DNA of 64,000 nucleotides, from the NCBI GenBank assembly GCA_018697295.1, contig JABHTJ010000006.1, positions 5,133 through 69,132 of the forward strand, given 5' to 3'. Every line of letters starts with the position of its first letter. The stretch's first letter is position 1. The notes under the pieces are model-generated. The model searched no databases. It was not told where the DNA came from and was given only the letters and a program-made list of their open reading frames with translations. The position numbers and the translations under genes are program-made. The DNA is from an archaeon (GTDB lineage: Archaea > Nanobdellota > Nanobdellia > Pacearchaeales > GW2011-AR1). Below, in pieces: positions 61,991 through 64,000 of the stretch.

Positions 61991-62011
61991 TCTCAATCTC
62001 ATTAAACCATA

Positions 62012-63028
62012 ATGAATCAAAAAGAGAAATACAATATTATAACAAGAAACTTACAAGAAGTAATTGGCGAAGATGAACTAAAAAAATCTCTTTCTTCAAA
62101 AAAAGAATTCTCAGTATATTGGGGAACAGCAATCACATCTTCAATTTCAATCGCGTATTTTTTTCCAATGCTAAAAGTAGCAGATTTACTTAATGCCGAA
62201 TGCAAAGTTAAAATTCTTTTTGCTGATTTACACGGAAGTCTTGACGCAACTTCATGGGAAGATTTAGATAAAAGATACTCTTACTATAAAGAAGCCATAA
62301 CTACAATCCTAAAAACACTTAAAGTTCCAACAAAAAATCTCACATTCGTCAAGGGAAGCAGTTTTCAAACTTCTAAAGAATATGCAGGCGACTTACTAAA
62401 ACTCTCAACTTTCGCGAGCGTTCACGATGCAAAAAAAGCATCTTCAGACGTAGTAAAACAATCCGACTCACCAAAACTTTCAGGTCTAATTTATCCATTA
62501 ATGCAAGCACTCGACGAAGAATATCTCAAAGTCGACGCACAACTAGGGGGAAACGACCAAAGAAAAATCATGGTGTTCGCACGAGAAAATTTACCAAAAC
62601 TAGGATACAATTCCAGAATAGAACTTCTCAATCCAATAATTCGCGGCCTTGTCGGAGAAAAAATGTCGTCATCTGATTCTGCAAGCAAAATAGATTTAAT
62701 GGACTGCCCAGAAGATGTCGCAAAGAAAATAAAAAAAGCAGATTGCGCACCTGGGAAAACCGATAACGGAATCATGGCTCTCCTAAAATATTTAATTTTC
62801 GTCATCAAAGAAAATAATTTAGAAAAGTTTGTTATCAAAAGACCAGAAAAGTTTGGCGGAGATGTTTCGTATAGTTCTTATGCCGAGTTTGAAAAAGATT
62901 TTGTCGCAGGAAACGTTCATCCGTTAGATGTTAAGAATGCTTTAACTGACGAGATTAATTTATTGTTGGATAGTTTTCGTGGGAACAAGAAGTTGGTTGG
63001 GTTGTTTGAAGCAGCTTATAAAAATTAA
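62012..63028 (+). CDS. tyrS: Tyrosine--tRNA ligase (archaeal/eukaryotic type)
   Basis: [55 protein letters not shown]. Confidence 0.9.
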   Translation: [338 protein letters not shown]

Positions 63029-63135
63029 TTTAATCAATACAATGACCTTACCTTAGAGTTGTTTATCCATTATTCTTCATCTAATCCTTCTAGTTTTTTA
63101 GAAGAGTTTTTAAATATATAATCCTTAATTTAATC

Positions 63136-63630
63136 ATGGAGAAAAGAGGTATTGCTAAACTTGGTGTTATTATTGTGATAATTTTAATATTGGCTGGCGG
63201 AGCCGGTGCTTTTTTTATTTTAAGAGATACTAAAACAATCGATGGTTTTACTTATGAAATTCCAAATTTAAACAAGAATGAAATTTGTGATTATTATTTT
63301 GGATATGAAGGAACAATCTGTCTAAAGGCAAAAGATTCTACAATTTATTATAGTGGTGGAGAAACAGATGATATAATCCTTATGGGTATTACAAAAGGAT
63401 TAAGCGAGCATAAAAATATGTTAAAATCTTCTTGTGATAGTCCAAATGAATGCAACCGCATAAGATATGTATTTATTTCTTATCCAAACGGTTTAGATCG
63501 TCCAACTTTTAGCTGGTATTATTCTGATGAAAAGTTCATTAGAATCAAACAATGGGGAGATAATCCTGGATCAACAAATAGTGGTGTGATTAAACATTAT
63601 CTAGAAAAGTATCCTCCAATCCAAATTTAG
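63136..63630 (+). CDS. Hypothetical anchored/secreted protein (possible class III signal peptide)
   Basis: MEKRGIAKLGVIIVIILILAGGAGAFFIL. Confidence 0.45.
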   Translation: MEKRGIAKLGVIIVIILILAGGAGAFFILRDTKTIDGFTYEIPNLNKNEICDYYFGYEGTICLKAKDSTIYYSGGETDDIILMGITKGLSEHKNMLKSSCDSPNECNRIRYVFISYPNGLDRPTFSWYYSDEKFIRIKQWGDNPGSTNSGVIKHYLEKYPPIQI

Positions 63631-63826
63631 AAATTTATTCAAACACCTTCGCAACCACTCAATAATACTCACTGACCTTTAAATATATCAACACCTTCTA
63701 TAAAATATGCAACCTGCAACAACTCTCACAAGCAACACAGAGAACTTCCCCGCAGCTACTGCACTAACTTCTACGTATTTCAATAATACGAAAAAAATCA
63801 CTTTCCATTAATCTGGCGTTATTTCC

Positions 63827-64000
63827 ATGATATCAAATCAAAATAACGCCACTAAACGGGCGTCCAGCTTTGAAAAAGAAACTCATTATTCCTGCCTCTC
63901 ATGCTCCGAGATTATCCATAATCCTCTCTGCCACGAATGCATCGCAAAAGAATACTTCGAATGGATAAAAAGAATCCCAAAAAACGAATTCGACAAATCA
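63827..64000 (+). CDS. Partial ORF running off the right edge; Cys-rich N-terminus
   Basis: My translation is MISNQNNATKRASSFEKETHYSCLSCSEIIHNPLCHECIAKEYFEWIKRIPKNEFDKS, open to the window end. Confidence 0.3.
   Translation, partial: MISNQNNATKRASSFEKETHYSCLSCSEIIHNPLCHECIAKEYFEWIKRIPKNEFDKS

Overview
This is an AT-rich, gene-dense chromosomal segment from an archaeon. The archaeal markers are MCM, TBP, Cbf5, ATP-dependent DNA ligase, Rpo7 with Spt4, eS19-eL39-eL31, eL15, eS24-eS31, NAC, Sec61beta, an SRP RNA and intron-containing tRNAs. The small proteins, bacterial-type LeuRS and AlaRS, and many Cys-rich secreted proteins suggest a small-genome DPANN-like lineage; that is inference, since no search was run. 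I call about 80 CDS and 5 tRNAs: Glu-CUC with an 89-nt intron, Glu-UUC, Ile-GAU, Ile-UAU with a 44-nt intron, and His-GUG. I also call one SRP RNA, a set of TATA boxes at a fixed distance from start codons, and three small genes missing from the ORF track, including Sec61beta. I recognised no rRNA, CRISPR array, transposase or integrase. The items most worth follow-up are: (1) a single in-frame TAG separating a signal-anchor ORF from a 1771-aa LamG/beta-helix surface protein; (2) a copy of the tRNA-Glu 3' end at 349-365 that, with tRNA-Glu(CUC) at 4736-4897, brackets a 4.4-kb segment carrying a compact IucA/IucC-like ligase translationally coupled to an unknown partner; (3) tRNA-Ile(UAU) ending one nucleotide before the ATG of a GTPase gene; (4) a short pox/bacterial-type topoisomerase IB; (5) a TyrRS with eukaryote-like motifs and an altered HIGH box; (6) a 341-aa protein with an Hjc-like nuclease N-terminus and an unknown body. 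All functional calls come from motif recognition by eye, and no database result is implied.
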